Origin: Candidatus Babeliales bacterium
GTDB taxonomy: Bacteria; Babelota; Babeliae; Babelales; JANWKD01
Length of the DNA: 64,000 bases
Reading direction: 5' to 3'
Assembly (NCBI GenBank): GCA_963722255.1
Contig: CAVRJO010000002.1
Coordinates: forward strand, 544,001 to 608,000
The notes beneath the pieces are model-generated. The model worked only from the letters and a program-made list of their open reading frames with translations. It made no database searches and was not told the origin of the DNA. Every line of letters begins with the position of its first letter. Position 1 is the first letter of the stretch. Positions 52,956-63,437 of the stretch are shown here, one piece after another. The position numbers and the translations under genes were made by a program.

Positions 52956-54269
52956 TTGATGTCATATGAAGCAAATGTGATTGAAAAAATTAAAAAATCT
53001 GCAGTTTATTTAGATGATGCAGCGCTTGATATACTTTTAGAAAAAATTGGGGATTCTCACATAGTACTTTTAGGCGAAGCAACACATGGAACCCACGAAT
53101 TTTATATCATACGAGCAGAAATCACAAAACGTCTTATTCTTGAAAAAAATTTCAATGCAATTGCAATCGAAGGCGATTGGCCTGACGCCTATTCTCTTAA
53201 TAACTATATACATAACAAGGCATTTATACATGCTCATGAAGCCCTCGGCGCATTTGATCGATTTCCTTCATGGATGTGGCAAAATATTCCAATGCTCCAT
53301 TTAACTGAATGGCTTAAGGCTCATAATCTACAAAAAAATAATTCTGTAAGTTTTTATGGCTTAGACCTTTATAGCCTCTATAGATCAATTGATACGGTCA
53401 TAAACTATTTAGAAAAAATCGACCCTCATTTAGCGTTGCAAGCAAAATATCTATATTCTTGCTTTGAACAATTTCGTCATGATCCTCAAGTATATGGTTA
53501 TTCGATTTTCTCACAACTATCAAAATCATGCCAAGATGAGGTAATCAAAGAATTAAAAGAACTAGAAACGTTAGAATGGCGATTAATAGAAGAAAAAAAA
53601 GTCTCATCAGATGAGATTTTTTTTTTAATTCAAAATGCACGAGTTATTAAAAACTCTGAAAAATACTATAGATCACTCTTTATAAACGAAATAAATAATT
53701 GGAATCTTCGAGATTCTCATATGATGGAAACAGTAGAAGAAATTATTAAACACCATAAAAAAATGGGCAATATTAACCCCAAAATAGTAATTTGGGCCCA
53801 TAATTCACATATTGGTAATTCAGCTGCAACTCAGATGAGTCTACAAGGCGAATTTAATATTGGACAATTAATAAAAGAAAAATATAAGGATGATTCATTT
53901 AGCTTAGGATTTACAACATACAATGGAACTGTTTCTGCTGCCTCAGATTGGCATATGCCTGTAGAACGTAAAATCATCAGAAATGCTTTACCAAAAAGTT
54001 ATGAAGATCTTTTTCATCATTGTGAAATTTCTAAGTTCTTCCTCTCATTAAAAGATAAAGATATAGTACCAGAAAGATTACTTGAACGCGCTATTGGTGT
54101 TGTTTATCTACCAGAAACCGAACGTCAAAGCCATTATTTCTATGCTGCATTAGCTGACCAATTTGATGCAATAATACATTATGATACTACATCAGCTCTT
54201 GAGCCAATAGATAAAACAGCTTTGTGGATTAAAGGGGAAGTTCCGGAAGCTTATCCCTCGGGTTTGTAA
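52956..54269 (+). CDS. Erythromycin esterase family protein
   Basis: LGEATHGTHEFY, EGDWPD, WNLRD.HM, WAHNSHIG. Confidence 0.93.
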   Translation: MMSYEANVIEKIKKSAVYLDDAALDILLEKIGDSHIVLLGEATHGTHEFYIIRAEITKRLILEKNFNAIAIEGDWPDAYSLNNYIHNKAFIHAHEALGAFDRFPSWMWQNIPMLHLTEWLKAHNLQKNNSVSFYGLDLYSLYRSIDTVINYLEKIDPHLALQAKYLYSCFEQFRHDPQVYGYSIFSQLSKSCQDEVIKELKELETLEWRLIEEKKVSSDEIFFLIQNARVIKNSEKYYRSLFINEINNWNLRDSHMMETVEEIIKHHKKMGNINPKIVIWAHNSHIGNSAATQMSLQGEFNIGQLIKEKYKDDSFSLGFTTYNGTVSAASDWHMPVERKIIRNALPKSYEDLFHHCEISKFFLSLKDKDIVPERLLERAIGVVYLPETERQSHYFYAALADQFDAIIHYDTTSALEPIDKTALWIKGEVPEAYPSGL

Positions 54270-55117
54270 TTATTAGTTATCGTTCGCTCAATAAAACTAC
54301 TAATATCAATAACATCAACCTTACCTTTTGAAAAATTCTTAAGAGTATTGGTAACATAGATTTTTTTTAGACAACTCTCTTCTAATCTTTCATAGGAGCC
54401 TTCAGAGAAAACTCCGTGTGTCGCAGCAGCACTGACTTCCAGTGCACCCAATTTTTTTAACATAGTACCCGCTTCAATAAGAGTACGGCCAGTTGAAATA
54501 ATATCATCAACCAGTAAAATCTTTTTTCCTGATACAATTCCATCAACCGATTCTATCCTAACTTTTTCATGCTCTGGACGCATTTTATGTAAAAAAACAA
54601 TCTCCTTTGCACATGCATTGGCAACATTTTGTGCAAATTCAGCAGCTCCTTTATCCGGGGCTGCAATAGTATCATAGTTTTTTGCAAGATTACAAAAAAA
54701 ATTTATATCTATAACATTGGTAAACGTTAAAAACGTTTTCATAAGATCAGCAGAATGTATATGCATACTATAAATTTTGTGTAAAGGAAATTTTTTTAAA
54801 ATAGTACAGATGAGTTGAGCACTCGATGCTTCACCTGGTAATGCAACTGCTTGTCGAGCATATCCAAAATAGGTAAAAAAAAGATTAATTTTTTGTGCAC
54901 CTGCACGCATTAAAGCATCAAGTAAAAAAAATAGTTCTACAAGATTTTTAGCCGGAGCCCCGGTTGAAGCAACAACATAAACTTCTTTATGAGCAACATC
55001 ATCTTCTATTTTAACGTATATTTCTCCATCACTAAACTGCTTAATAATAAAATGAGCTTTATGTAAAGTAATTTTTTGTACAAGATCTCTTGTGGCATTA
55101 TTAAAAAAGATAATCAT
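54251..55117 (-). CDS. prs: Ribose-phosphate pyrophosphokinase
   Basis: FSDGE, YFGYARQ, PDKG, VDDIISTGRT, ATHG. Confidence 0.88.
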   Translation of the reverse strand: MIIFFNNATRDLVQKITLHKAHFIIKQFSDGEIYVKIEDDVAHKEVYVVASTGAPAKNLVELFFLLDALMRAGAQKINLFFTYFGYARQAVALPGEASSAQLICTILKKFPLHKIYSMHIHSADLMKTFLTFTNVIDINFFCNLAKNYDTIAAPDKGAAEFAQNVANACAKEIVFLHKMRPEHEKVRIESVDGIVSGKKILLVDDIISTGRTLIEAGTMLKKLGALEVSAAATHGVFSEGSYERLEESCLKKIYVTNTLKNFSKGKVDVIDISSFIERTITNNYKPEG

Positions 55118-55749
55118 CTATTTGCATCCTGAAGTAACTTAATAGCCTGGGCATCATCAACCTGTTGAAAGCTTTTATAAAATTGACCAACACTATAAAA
55201 AATTTCTGGATTATCCACACATATGACCTCATCGGCATTTTCTTTAATCTTTTTAAGTGCTTCTTGCGATGCAACCGGCAAAGCAACAACAATTTTTTTT
55301 GGCTTATATTCTTTTATCAGTTCTAATGTCGTCAATATCGTATTTCCCGTTGCAACGCCGTCATCAACAAGAATGACAATTTTATTAAGCAAAGAAAATG
55401 GAGCCATGTTTTTGCGGTAGGTTTCATTTCGCTCTTTGAGAAGCTTACGTATCGTAGCAACTTCATGCGTCAAATAGTCTTGAAGCTCAGGAGCGTCTTT
55501 AAAATCACTGTTCAAAAAAACATGTTTTTCGCTAACAGCACCAATAGCAAATTCGGGGTTTTGAGGATATCCAATTTTCTTTGTAAAAATCACATCCAAA
55601 GGTATATGCAACCCTTTTGCTAATATATATCCAAGTTCTAGCCCCCCTCTTGGAATTGCAAGAACAAGAGCATCAGGATTAGATTTGTATTTTTCTAAAA
55701 AGGGCAAAAGCTTTTCTGCAGCATCAAAACGATTCTGAAACATTTTCAA
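55114..55749 (-). CDS. Phosphoribosyltransferase family protein
   Basis: AIPRGG, KIGYP.NPEFAIGA, VDDGVATG. Confidence 0.92.
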   Translation of the reverse strand: MKMFQNRFDAAEKLLPFLEKYKSNPDALVLAIPRGGLELGYILAKGLHIPLDVIFTKKIGYPQNPEFAIGAVSEKHVFLNSDFKDAPELQDYLTHEVATIRKLLKERNETYRKNMAPFSLLNKIVILVDDGVATGNTILTTLELIKEYKPKKIVVALPVASQEALKKIKENADEVICVDNPEIFYSVGQFYKSFQQVDDAQAIKLLQDANR

Positions 55750-55922
55750 ATCTCAAAAAATAATAGATCAACATAACTCTTGTATAATAAATATCAACTA
55801 CAACTCATTTTAAAATATACTTTGAGATACTCTACTCAAATTCCAATCTCTTTTTCAACAAAAAAATCCTTTAAGTAGTAAATAAAAATCTACTTTATGA
55901 ATTTTACATTGATTGTATTAGA

Positions 55923-56693
55923 TTAATCAGAATCTTTGTTTACCAAAATAGATTTTGATTTTTTCTGAGGAGAATACAAGGGATCATCTTCGATATTTTC
56001 TAACACTGATAAGGTTTTGAATGTGTTCCAACTTGTACGAATAATCGGTGGAGGATTATGCCGATGTTGCCAAACAAAAAAACGTGTCTTTGGATCTGCT
56101 GGACTACCGCTTCCAAAATTACCATATTTTCTTTTATATTTTCTATATTGGGCATCGGATGCAACCTTTGCCACTATTGATGCAGCTCCAACAATAGTAT
56201 GATTTTCATCAGCATAATGTTCAGGAATTAATTGCAGCAGATTAAGCTTTTTTTTATTAAATTTAAATCCCTTTTGTAAAAGGAGATCTTTACATGATTT
56301 ATCAGTAAGAAATGTTAAGCGCTCATTAAATCGCTTTTCAGTAACCTCCCAATTATCTATATAAACCTTATTAAAAGAAGCCTTTGCTTGTAATTTTTTA
56401 ATAATTGTTAAAACTGTTAACATTTCCCAATCATTTAAATTTAAACTTTTATCATCAATCATTTGTGGAGTGAGTTCAATGATTGAAATAGCTTGAGCCG
56501 TTTCTTTTATAATTTTAGCGAGGTCTTCTCTTTTTTTAGGAGCAACAAGTTTACTATCTTTAACCCCTAGATTCTTCCATTCTTCAATAGTTGCGTGATT
56601 TGCAACAACACCAGCAATAAAGATACTCCCGATACATGGACATTTGGTTGTATCATCAATTCCAACGATACTTTCTTCTAAAAATTCTGGCAT
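55923..56693 (-). CDS. rnhB: RNase HII-fold nuclease (archaeal/eukaryote-like, divergent motifs)
   Basis: GIDD, GVKDSK, AD....VGAASIVAKV, FGSG.P.DPKT. Confidence 0.8.
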   Translation of the reverse strand: MPEFLEESIVGIDDTTKCPCIGSIFIAGVVANHATIEEWKNLGVKDSKLVAPKKREDLAKIIKETAQAISIIELTPQMIDDKSLNLNDWEMLTVLTIIKKLQAKASFNKVYIDNWEVTEKRFNERLTFLTDKSCKDLLLQKGFKFNKKKLNLLQLIPEHYADENHTIVGAASIVAKVASDAQYRKYKRKYGNFGSGSPADPKTRFFVWQHRHNPPPIIRTSWNTFKTLSVLENIEDDPLYSPQKKSKSILVNKDSD

Positions 56694-56923
56694 GAATAAA
56701 CCTCCTAATAATTACTAGTAGTATCAGTGTAGAATTTTTAAATTGAAATTACAAATTATTAAAATTTGAAAATAATTAGTCAAGCTCTATTCTCATAAGC
56801 AGTAGTTTCCCCAGCCATGGTAAAGGCTAATAGAAACAAATTGGATTTTATCGATTTGCATTATTAAAAAAATATGATATATTGAATATAATTATTATTT
56901 TTTACTCAATAAGGAGTACCTTC

Positions 56924-57058
56924 ATGTCGTATGATATGACCACTTATTCTTCATATACTTATACCGCGCAACCGCGATTCAATTCATTAATTCCTTGCAC
57001 TTCTTTACGTATTTCATTACGCATTCTTGCCTTACCCCTTGTGCCCTTAGCACACTAA
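56924..57058 (+). CDS. Possible 44-aa small protein
   Basis: AAGGAG RBS 8 nt before ATG; open frame. Confidence 0.4.
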   Translation: MSYDMTTYSSYTYTAQPRFNSLIPCTSLRISLRILALPLVPLAH

Positions 57059-57193
57059 GAATTCACTTTTTTCTTTTTTTTACACGATATAAACAGATAG
57101 TTGGGTATTTTATACTCTTAATGAGCTCTTATTTTTGCCCATTATAGTCTGTTATTAGATACTATTTTAAAACTATTTTTAAGGAATTTTATT

Positions 57194-58099
57194 ATGATAC
57201 AACAATTTAATTTTGCTCAAATATTTTTGATTATCAGTGCAATAAGCTTTCTCAGTTATGGCATGGATGAATCGACCAAAAAGAAGATAGAAACCAAAAA
57301 TCAAAGGTTTCTAAAAAAGGTTGGCAAGGAGGATGTTCCTAACACCATTCAAGGCCTTAACAACTCATTGGTGAGTCTCTATAAACAAAAAGGTCTTTTG
57401 ACAGAAGATACCAACGTATTGGTAAAATATATAAAACAAAGCCGTCTTGTTAAATTTCAAAAAATTGGTATCGCAACATGGAATAATCGAATTAATAACG
57501 GCCACGATCTTATACATATTGCCCCGGAACATGATGAATTGACCCCAGAAGAGATTGAATCGGCATTGGCTCATGAGCTTGCGCATATCACCTTGCATCA
57601 AAAACATGCTCTATGCCCTCATTATTATATGAAGACTATCAATAAAAGCTTGATGTTTGCTTCGGGAACTTGTCCTATTTGGGCACCTCTCACTTTGGCT
57701 GCCCTTACTCGAAAAAAATGGCCTATTGCCAAAGTGTCAGCTATAAAATACGAAATTGCAGGAGTAACAGTTGTAACCGCTGCTCTACACTCTGCTAATT
57801 CTGCATTGCTAAAAAATGCTCATGAATATACGCAACTACCTCCTGATAGCCCATGTCGTATTCGTTATCCCTTTTTGCAAAAGCTTGAAGAATTCGAATG
57901 TGATATTATAGCAGCATATGTCTTGCCACATGGGGGACGTGCCGGCAGAAAACTTTATGAAAAAGTGCGCGAGCATATTGGCGATGATATAAGCAGTAGC
58001 GATCATCCTAAACTCTCCACACGTATTTGGTATCATGGTAAAATAGAACAGATTCAAGATCTTTTTGAAACACAAAAAGAAGACTCAAGCATTAAATAG
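57194..58099 (+). CDS. Secreted M48-like zinc metalloprotease
   Basis: LAHELAH, E.ECD, HP...R. Confidence 0.8.
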   Translation: MIQQFNFAQIFLIISAISFLSYGMDESTKKKIETKNQRFLKKVGKEDVPNTIQGLNNSLVSLYKQKGLLTEDTNVLVKYIKQSRLVKFQKIGIATWNNRINNGHDLIHIAPEHDELTPEEIESALAHELAHITLHQKHALCPHYYMKTINKSLMFASGTCPIWAPLTLAALTRKKWPIAKVSAIKYEIAGVTVVTAALHSANSALLKNAHEYTQLPPDSPCRIRYPFLQKLEEFECDIIAAYVLPHGGRAGRKLYEKVREHIGDDISSSDHPKLSTRIWYHGKIEQIQDLFETQKEDSSIK

Positions 58100-58108
58100 T
58101 GTTATAAC

Positions 58109-58155
58109 GATATCGTGCTCTAATTGATCTTTTTAAGAAAATAGAGCACGATATC
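58109..58155 (+). terminator. Stem-loop after the protease gene
   Basis: gatatcgtgctcta...tagagcacgatatc. Confidence 0.7.
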
Positions 58156-58287
58156 CATCACTACAGCTTAAATAATTTTTTTGACCAACATTTGAGTCAA
58201 AAATCATTTACTTTTACCTTGGCAACTATACACTACATGATATAATTTAGACAAGATTAAGAGCTCTTATTTTTAAAAAGGTAACCT

Positions 58288-58935
58288 ATGAAGATCATTT
58301 TATATATTGTTAGTTGCGTTTTTGCATTTGCTAGCGCTTATGCCCATGATGAATGCACCCAAGTAAAACATCAATCCAAACGCTCAAAAAAAATTACTGT
58401 TCATATTATTTTAGGCAGTACTCGACAAGAAAGAAGCTCAGAAAAAATTGCTCAACTGCTTAAAAAAAAAACTGACCTAAAACCTGAAGTTTCAGCTGAA
58501 ATTATAGATTTACGAGATTATGCACTTCCTTTTTTTAACGACAGCGTTGCTCCTGCATCTCGTAAAGAAATTACTGATCCACAAGTAAAAAAATGGTCAG
58601 ATAAAATTTCTCAAGCTGATGCTTTTATTTTTATAGTTCCTGAATATAATGCAGGATATCCCGGTGTTCTTAAAAATGCTCTTGATAGCCTTTATAAAGA
58701 ATGGAATAATAAACCGGTTGGATTTGTTGGTTATTCTGGTGGCCCATCTGGCGGCAAATCTGCGATTGCTCAATTACACACTGTTGCGCAAGCACTTAAA
58801 ATGATTCCCATCGGATGCGACGTATTCATTCCAACTGCTTGGAAGGCATTAGGCACAAAAGGAGATTTTGCAGATAAAACCATTGAACAGGAATTTACAA
58901 CATTGATTAATCAACTTATTACTAAAGTAAGGTAA
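58288..58935 (+). CDS. NADPH-dependent FMN reductase with signal peptide
   Basis: GSTR, PEYNAGYPGVLKNALD, W.NKP. Confidence 0.92.
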   Translation: MKIILYIVSCVFAFASAYAHDECTQVKHQSKRSKKITVHIILGSTRQERSSEKIAQLLKKKTDLKPEVSAEIIDLRDYALPFFNDSVAPASRKEITDPQVKKWSDKISQADAFIFIVPEYNAGYPGVLKNALDSLYKEWNNKPVGFVGYSGGPSGGKSAIAQLHTVAQALKMIPIGCDVFIPTAWKALGTKGDFADKTIEQEFTTLINQLITKVR

Positions 58936-59003
58936 CTTCTTATGAAAAGATTACTCCCTAGTATGATTAAAAAAGTTTTTTTTACAATACAAATGGAATA
59001 CTA

Positions 59004-59288
59004 ATGGTTGATCAACAAGAAACAATAATTAAACTTTTAACAGTTCTTTTTCCTGAAGCAAAAATATATCTTTTTGGATCTCGCGCACGGGGAACAGAAC
59101 GACCAGAATCAGATATTGATATTGCAATTGACACAGGAAATAGGATTCCGTTTTTAGAATTAGCAAAGGCACGAAATATCATTGAAGCATTGTATATTCC
59201 ACAAAAAATAGATATTGTTGACCTAACATCAGTTGATAAAGAAATGCGAGAAATTATTTTAAAAGAAGGAATTATATGGAAACCTTAG
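59004..59288 (+). CDS. MNT nucleotidyltransferase antitoxin
   Basis: LFGSRARG....SDIDI. Confidence 0.92.
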   Translation: MVDQQETIIKLLTVLFPEAKIYLFGSRARGTERPESDIDIAIDTGNRIPFLELAKARNIIEALYIPQKIDIVDLTSVDKEMREIILKEGIIWKP

Positions 59289-59704
59289 AACTCCGCTATC
59301 AACGAGTTCTTAAAGCGCACAAACGATTGGCTTTTGTTGTTAAAAAATTTATTAAAGAGAGTAGTACTCAAAATAACCATTCAATTGAAAAAGAAGAAAA
59401 TTTTTTGCTTTTGCAAGATGCTTTGTTTAAAAGATTTGAATTTTGTTATGATATTACATGGAAATTTTTAAAGATATATTTACAAGAAAAACACGGAATA
59501 GAAGTTGCTTCACCAAGAAAAGTTTTTCAAGAATGCTTGCAACAAAAAATTGTAACCTCCGAGGAAGCATCCCAGCTGGAAAAAATGATAGAAGCTCGTA
59601 ATTATGCTTCTCATACGTATGATCAAAATATTGCTAGCCAAATAGCTCTTTTGATTCCATCATATGCCGACCTTATGGATAAAATACTTAAAAAATTGGC
59701 TTAA
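59276..59704 (+). CDS. HEPN toxin (HI0074-like)
   Basis: RFEFCY...WK, SPR, RNYASHTY (RX4HXY). Confidence 0.92.
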   Translation: METLELRYQRVLKAHKRLAFVVKKFIKESSTQNNHSIEKEENFLLLQDALFKRFEFCYDITWKFLKIYLQEKHGIEVASPRKVFQECLQQKIVTSEEASQLEKMIEARNYASHTYDQNIASQIALLIPSYADLMDKILKKLA

Positions 59705-59782
59705 ACTTTATTCTTTTTTTATTCTACAGTATGCTTGGTCATCAAAACTACTTCATTACATGAATTAAAAAAGGAATCCATA

Positions 59783-60289
59783 ATGAACTATATTTATTTT
59801 ACCATGGTACTTGTAGCATTAACAGCAAATACCAAACTTGAACCAATGAATAGCAACTCAGATAGAACTCATCTTGTAGAAATTGCAATTTTCAAAGGAA
59901 TTTTACTTAATTCAATCAAAATAGTTCAAGATGTTATCGAAGAAAATAAATCGGAAAAAATCACACAAAAATTTACTGAGCGCGCTCTTGAACGATTAAC
60001 AAACATACAAGCAATTCATCTGGATACCTATAATAAAATGACAAAAAACCCTTCAAAATTTAAGAAAGAATTGTTTGATCACTGGTTGTTCAGTCAAGAC
60101 ATTTTACTTTTAACAAAAAGATATCAAGAAACCGAAAAAATATCGAGTGATTCTGTTAACAAATTCAAAGAACTGCATGATCGATTAACACTATTACACA
60201 AAGATATATTTCCAAAAATAACCACTATTTCTGCTCCTATATCACCTAAAATATGGCATAACCAGCAAATCATTAAAGCAGCTTTATAA
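59783..60289 (+). CDS. Secreted hypothetical protein
   Basis: RBS AAGGA, hydrophobic leader. Confidence 0.65.
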   Translation: MNYIYFTMVLVALTANTKLEPMNSNSDRTHLVEIAIFKGILLNSIKIVQDVIEENKSEKITQKFTERALERLTNIQAIHLDTYNKMTKNPSKFKKELFDHWLFSQDILLLTKRYQETEKISSDSVNKFKELHDRLTLLHKDIFPKITTISAPISPKIWHNQQIIKAAL

Positions 60290-62210
60290 ACGTTTGAATG
60301 AGCATCCAAATAGAATTACCAGCAGATACTCCAGATAATGTAGGATAATAACGTTCTTTAGTATCAGTTAAATAGGTAAGCAATCCTCCTGCAATAAGCA
60401 TTAACGAAATTGTTGGTGGCATGAGAATTCCACCAAGTAATAATGCAGGATTAATTTTGGTATATTTTATTAATGAACCAAATATAAATCCAAAAATGAG
60501 AACATACCAATCAAAACTTTTGAATGCAATTAAAAGTGCACGGCTAGCAGCTTTTGTTGCTGGAAGGCCATGCTCATTGCCAATTCCTAAGTTGGTTATA
60601 AAAAGCCAAAATAATATTCCAATACTCAATGAACACATAACAAGACCCAACCATTGATACCCAACAATTCTTTCATGTTCTATTTTTGCCAAAGCTGCTA
60701 ATCTACGACCAAATAAAACATCACCCGCTACTCCACCTGCTATTTCAACAAATCCTGCTACGAGGGTTACTTGTACATAATCAAAATTAAAAAGAAACAT
60801 ACCGGGAATCATAACAAAAGTTGCAAAACGACCAAGAGGAATGATGCCCATGCGCCCTGCAATTATTAACATTTGATAAATACATACAGCACTGAAAACA
60901 AGTAAATAAAGTTGCTGAATAACCGTAAAATTAAAATAGTATAAAAAGGTTATAGTACCAGCAAGAACAAGGCTTGCTTGTACCCAAGGAATAGGTGTGG
61001 CTTTTTTTTGAAAAAATCCAGAATTCAAAAAAGTAGTAAAACGAATAAAGCATTCTTGTAATCGTAACATACGAACAACGGGGAAAAAGCCCCATGTTGT
61101 TACAAATCCCGTTTGGGTGCCAAAAATAAGAAGAACATATACACACAAAAAGCTTAGGCCTGCTAATAAAAATTGTTGTAACAAGGTAAAGTGATAATAA
61201 CGTAAAAAGAATGCTGTGACGATTACTGAAACAATCGTTTGAATCCAAGCATACGTTGTTATAGATTGGCCTGAAGCAAAAAGAAATTTGCTCAATTTAC
61301 GCATTGGATTGATACCATTTTTTGCAAATGATATTCCTGTTTTAAATAGATCAAAAAATCCAGTACAGGTACCATACAAAACCATACCGCTACAAAATGC
61401 TAATACGAATTCTGTACCTGTTAAATGCACATTTGCAAATGAGGCAAACAAGAATTTATGAATAACATTTTCGCTGTGTGTATAGATATAAAATAAAGGA
61501 TCTAAACAAATAATTTTTGCTATAAAACCTACTATTAATGGCCATGCAATGACATGTCCTGTAACAAACCCAACCGCACAATACATCGGCAATTGATCAA
61601 GAGGAATTGCAATGCTTGGAATAGTGAATATTGACCAAGAAAATCCTTGAATTAGCATTAAGGCTCTACCAGCATATGAACTCATAGAATATACAAACAA
61701 GCCAATTTGTGTGCCAAAAAAACCCAAAGCCAATTCTAATGCTTTTTTCATCTGGCCGGGAGCTGCAATTGCATTATAAACAAGTTCTCCAATAGGGAAC
61801 TTCATCTGTTGTTTAGTTAAAAAATATTCTTCAAAAATAGTTGCAATCAAAAGACCATAGCTTCCGGCTACAATGCAAAAAGAACTAACAATACAAGCAA
61901 AAAATAATGGCTTAGATAACCATGATTGAAAAATCGTTGGCGCTAGAAAATAGAGTGTCGGTAGAGAAAATGCAAGACCAGTAGCTAAAATACCACCAAT
62001 GCCGCCAGCAGCTGTGGTTAAACTCACCGATTGAACATAGTCTGTTTTTGAAATCCCCCGCGCAATAATTTGAAACAAAAACATGCTTACAAGCACCAAT
62101 GTTGTCTCAATCCATGGCCCTATCGAAGCTGCAAGAGCAATATAACTCATTACTACTGTTGAAAAGAGAGACAACAGCATGGCAATAAGAATTCTTACAA
62201 TAATCATCAA
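60273..62210 (-). CDS. OPT-like polytopic membrane transporter
   Basis: Many TM segments, F.LP.L and MKFP.G motifs typical of the OPT family. Confidence 0.65.
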   Translation of the reverse strand: MMIIVRILIAMLLSLFSTVVMSYIALAASIGPWIETTLVLVSMFLFQIIARGISKTDYVQSVSLTTAAGGIGGILATGLAFSLPTLYFLAPTIFQSWLSKPLFFACIVSSFCIVAGSYGLLIATIFEEYFLTKQQMKFPIGELVYNAIAAPGQMKKALELALGFFGTQIGLFVYSMSSYAGRALMLIQGFSWSIFTIPSIAIPLDQLPMYCAVGFVTGHVIAWPLIVGFIAKIICLDPLFYIYTHSENVIHKFLFASFANVHLTGTEFVLAFCSGMVLYGTCTGFFDLFKTGISFAKNGINPMRKLSKFLFASGQSITTYAWIQTIVSVIVTAFFLRYYHFTLLQQFLLAGLSFLCVYVLLIFGTQTGFVTTWGFFPVVRMLRLQECFIRFTTFLNSGFFQKKATPIPWVQASLVLAGTITFLYYFNFTVIQQLYLLVFSAVCIYQMLIIAGRMGIIPLGRFATFVMIPGMFLFNFDYVQVTLVAGFVEIAGGVAGDVLFGRRLAALAKIEHERIVGYQWLGLVMCSLSIGILFWLFITNLGIGNEHGLPATKAASRALLIAFKSFDWYVLIFGFIFGSLIKYTKINPALLLGGILMPPTISLMLIAGGLLTYLTDTKERYYPTLSGVSAGNSIWMLIQTFIKLL

Positions 62211-62407
62211 TACACCCCATGCCTTATAGTTAAAAGCTTAATTATACTTGGTTTAGTTAATAAAATTAACTATTAAATATTTTAAAAAAAGAAGCAACTT
62301 CGAGCAGCATATATTCTACTCATCAATTTTACCGGCTACTTCTAGCAACTTTCATAACTTCCAGTTATAGTAAACTATTGTATATTTTTTTACCATTATG
62401 AGATTCT

Positions 62408-63421
62408 ATGAATGATTTTATATGTTTTGTTGCAGGAAAATCTGGTGGGCATTTACTTCCTTGCATCACATTAGCCAAAAAAATTTCTGAACAAGATCCA
62501 CAAAAGAAGATTTTATTTTTTACTAACCAATCTACCTTAGATAAGGATATTATAGCAGCAAATAATTGTATAAATGTCCATACGCTTTTGCCACTCTCTT
62601 CTCTTGCGTCAAAATCGATATTTTCATTGAGCTCATTTTGCATAACAATGATCTCTTCTTTATGCATTAGCTTCTATTATTTACTAAAATATAAACCAAA
62701 AAAAATTATCAGTACGGGTGGTTCAGTTTCATTGCCTGTTTGTTTTGCTGCATCACTTTTAAGAATACCAATCGAATTAATTGAACTCAATGTTGTTCCC
62801 GGAAAAGCAATAACAACGTTAGCACCACTAGCAACCACCATTTCACTCTGTTTCCAGGAAACACAAAAATATTTTAACCAGAAATGTTATTTCACAGAGT
62901 ATCCACTGCGTTTTACTGCACAATCTCGCATTGCAAAAACTGCTGCTCTCAAATATCTTGGCCTCGATCCCTCAAAAAAAACAGTTTTTATTATAGGTGG
63001 ATCACAAGGATCACTCTATATCAACAATCTTGTAAAACAATGGATTGAACAATCGATCAGAATTAAAAATGAGTTCCAATTCATTCATCAAATTGGAACC
63101 AGTGATTCAACCAATTGGAAAGAGTTTTATGTTTCACAGGGAATTGAAGCTTTCACATTTTCATTTTTTAATCGAATAGAATATTGTTATAGCGGAGCAG
63201 ATCTTATTATTTGTAGATCAGGCGCTGGAACGCTTTTTGAAATTAAATTTTTTAATAAACCCTGCATCACAATTCCTCTTGAAACAAAAGCCACTCATCA
63301 TCAAATTGATAATGCACATGCTTTTAAAAAGATGCAAAAAGATACTCTGACCATAGTTTCGCAAAAAGAACCTCTTAAAAAAATTTTAAATATATTAGAT
63401 ACAACAATTGAGCATTTATAA
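62408..63421 (+). CDS. murG: MurG glycosyltransferase
   Basis: GKSGGHLLP, TGG.VS.P, GGSQGS, RSGAGT, HQ..NA. Confidence 0.88.
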   Translation: MNDFICFVAGKSGGHLLPCITLAKKISEQDPQKKILFFTNQSTLDKDIIAANNCINVHTLLPLSSLASKSIFSLSSFCITMISSLCISFYYLLKYKPKKIISTGGSVSLPVCFAASLLRIPIELIELNVVPGKAITTLAPLATTISLCFQETQKYFNQKCYFTEYPLRFTAQSRIAKTAALKYLGLDPSKKTVFIIGGSQGSLYINNLVKQWIEQSIRIKNEFQFIHQIGTSDSTNWKEFYVSQGIEAFTFSFFNRIEYCYSGADLIICRSGAGTLFEIKFFNKPCITIPLETKATHHQIDNAHAFKKMQKDTLTIVSQKEPLKKILNILDTTIEHL

Positions 63422-63437
63422 TAATCAAGGACATTTA

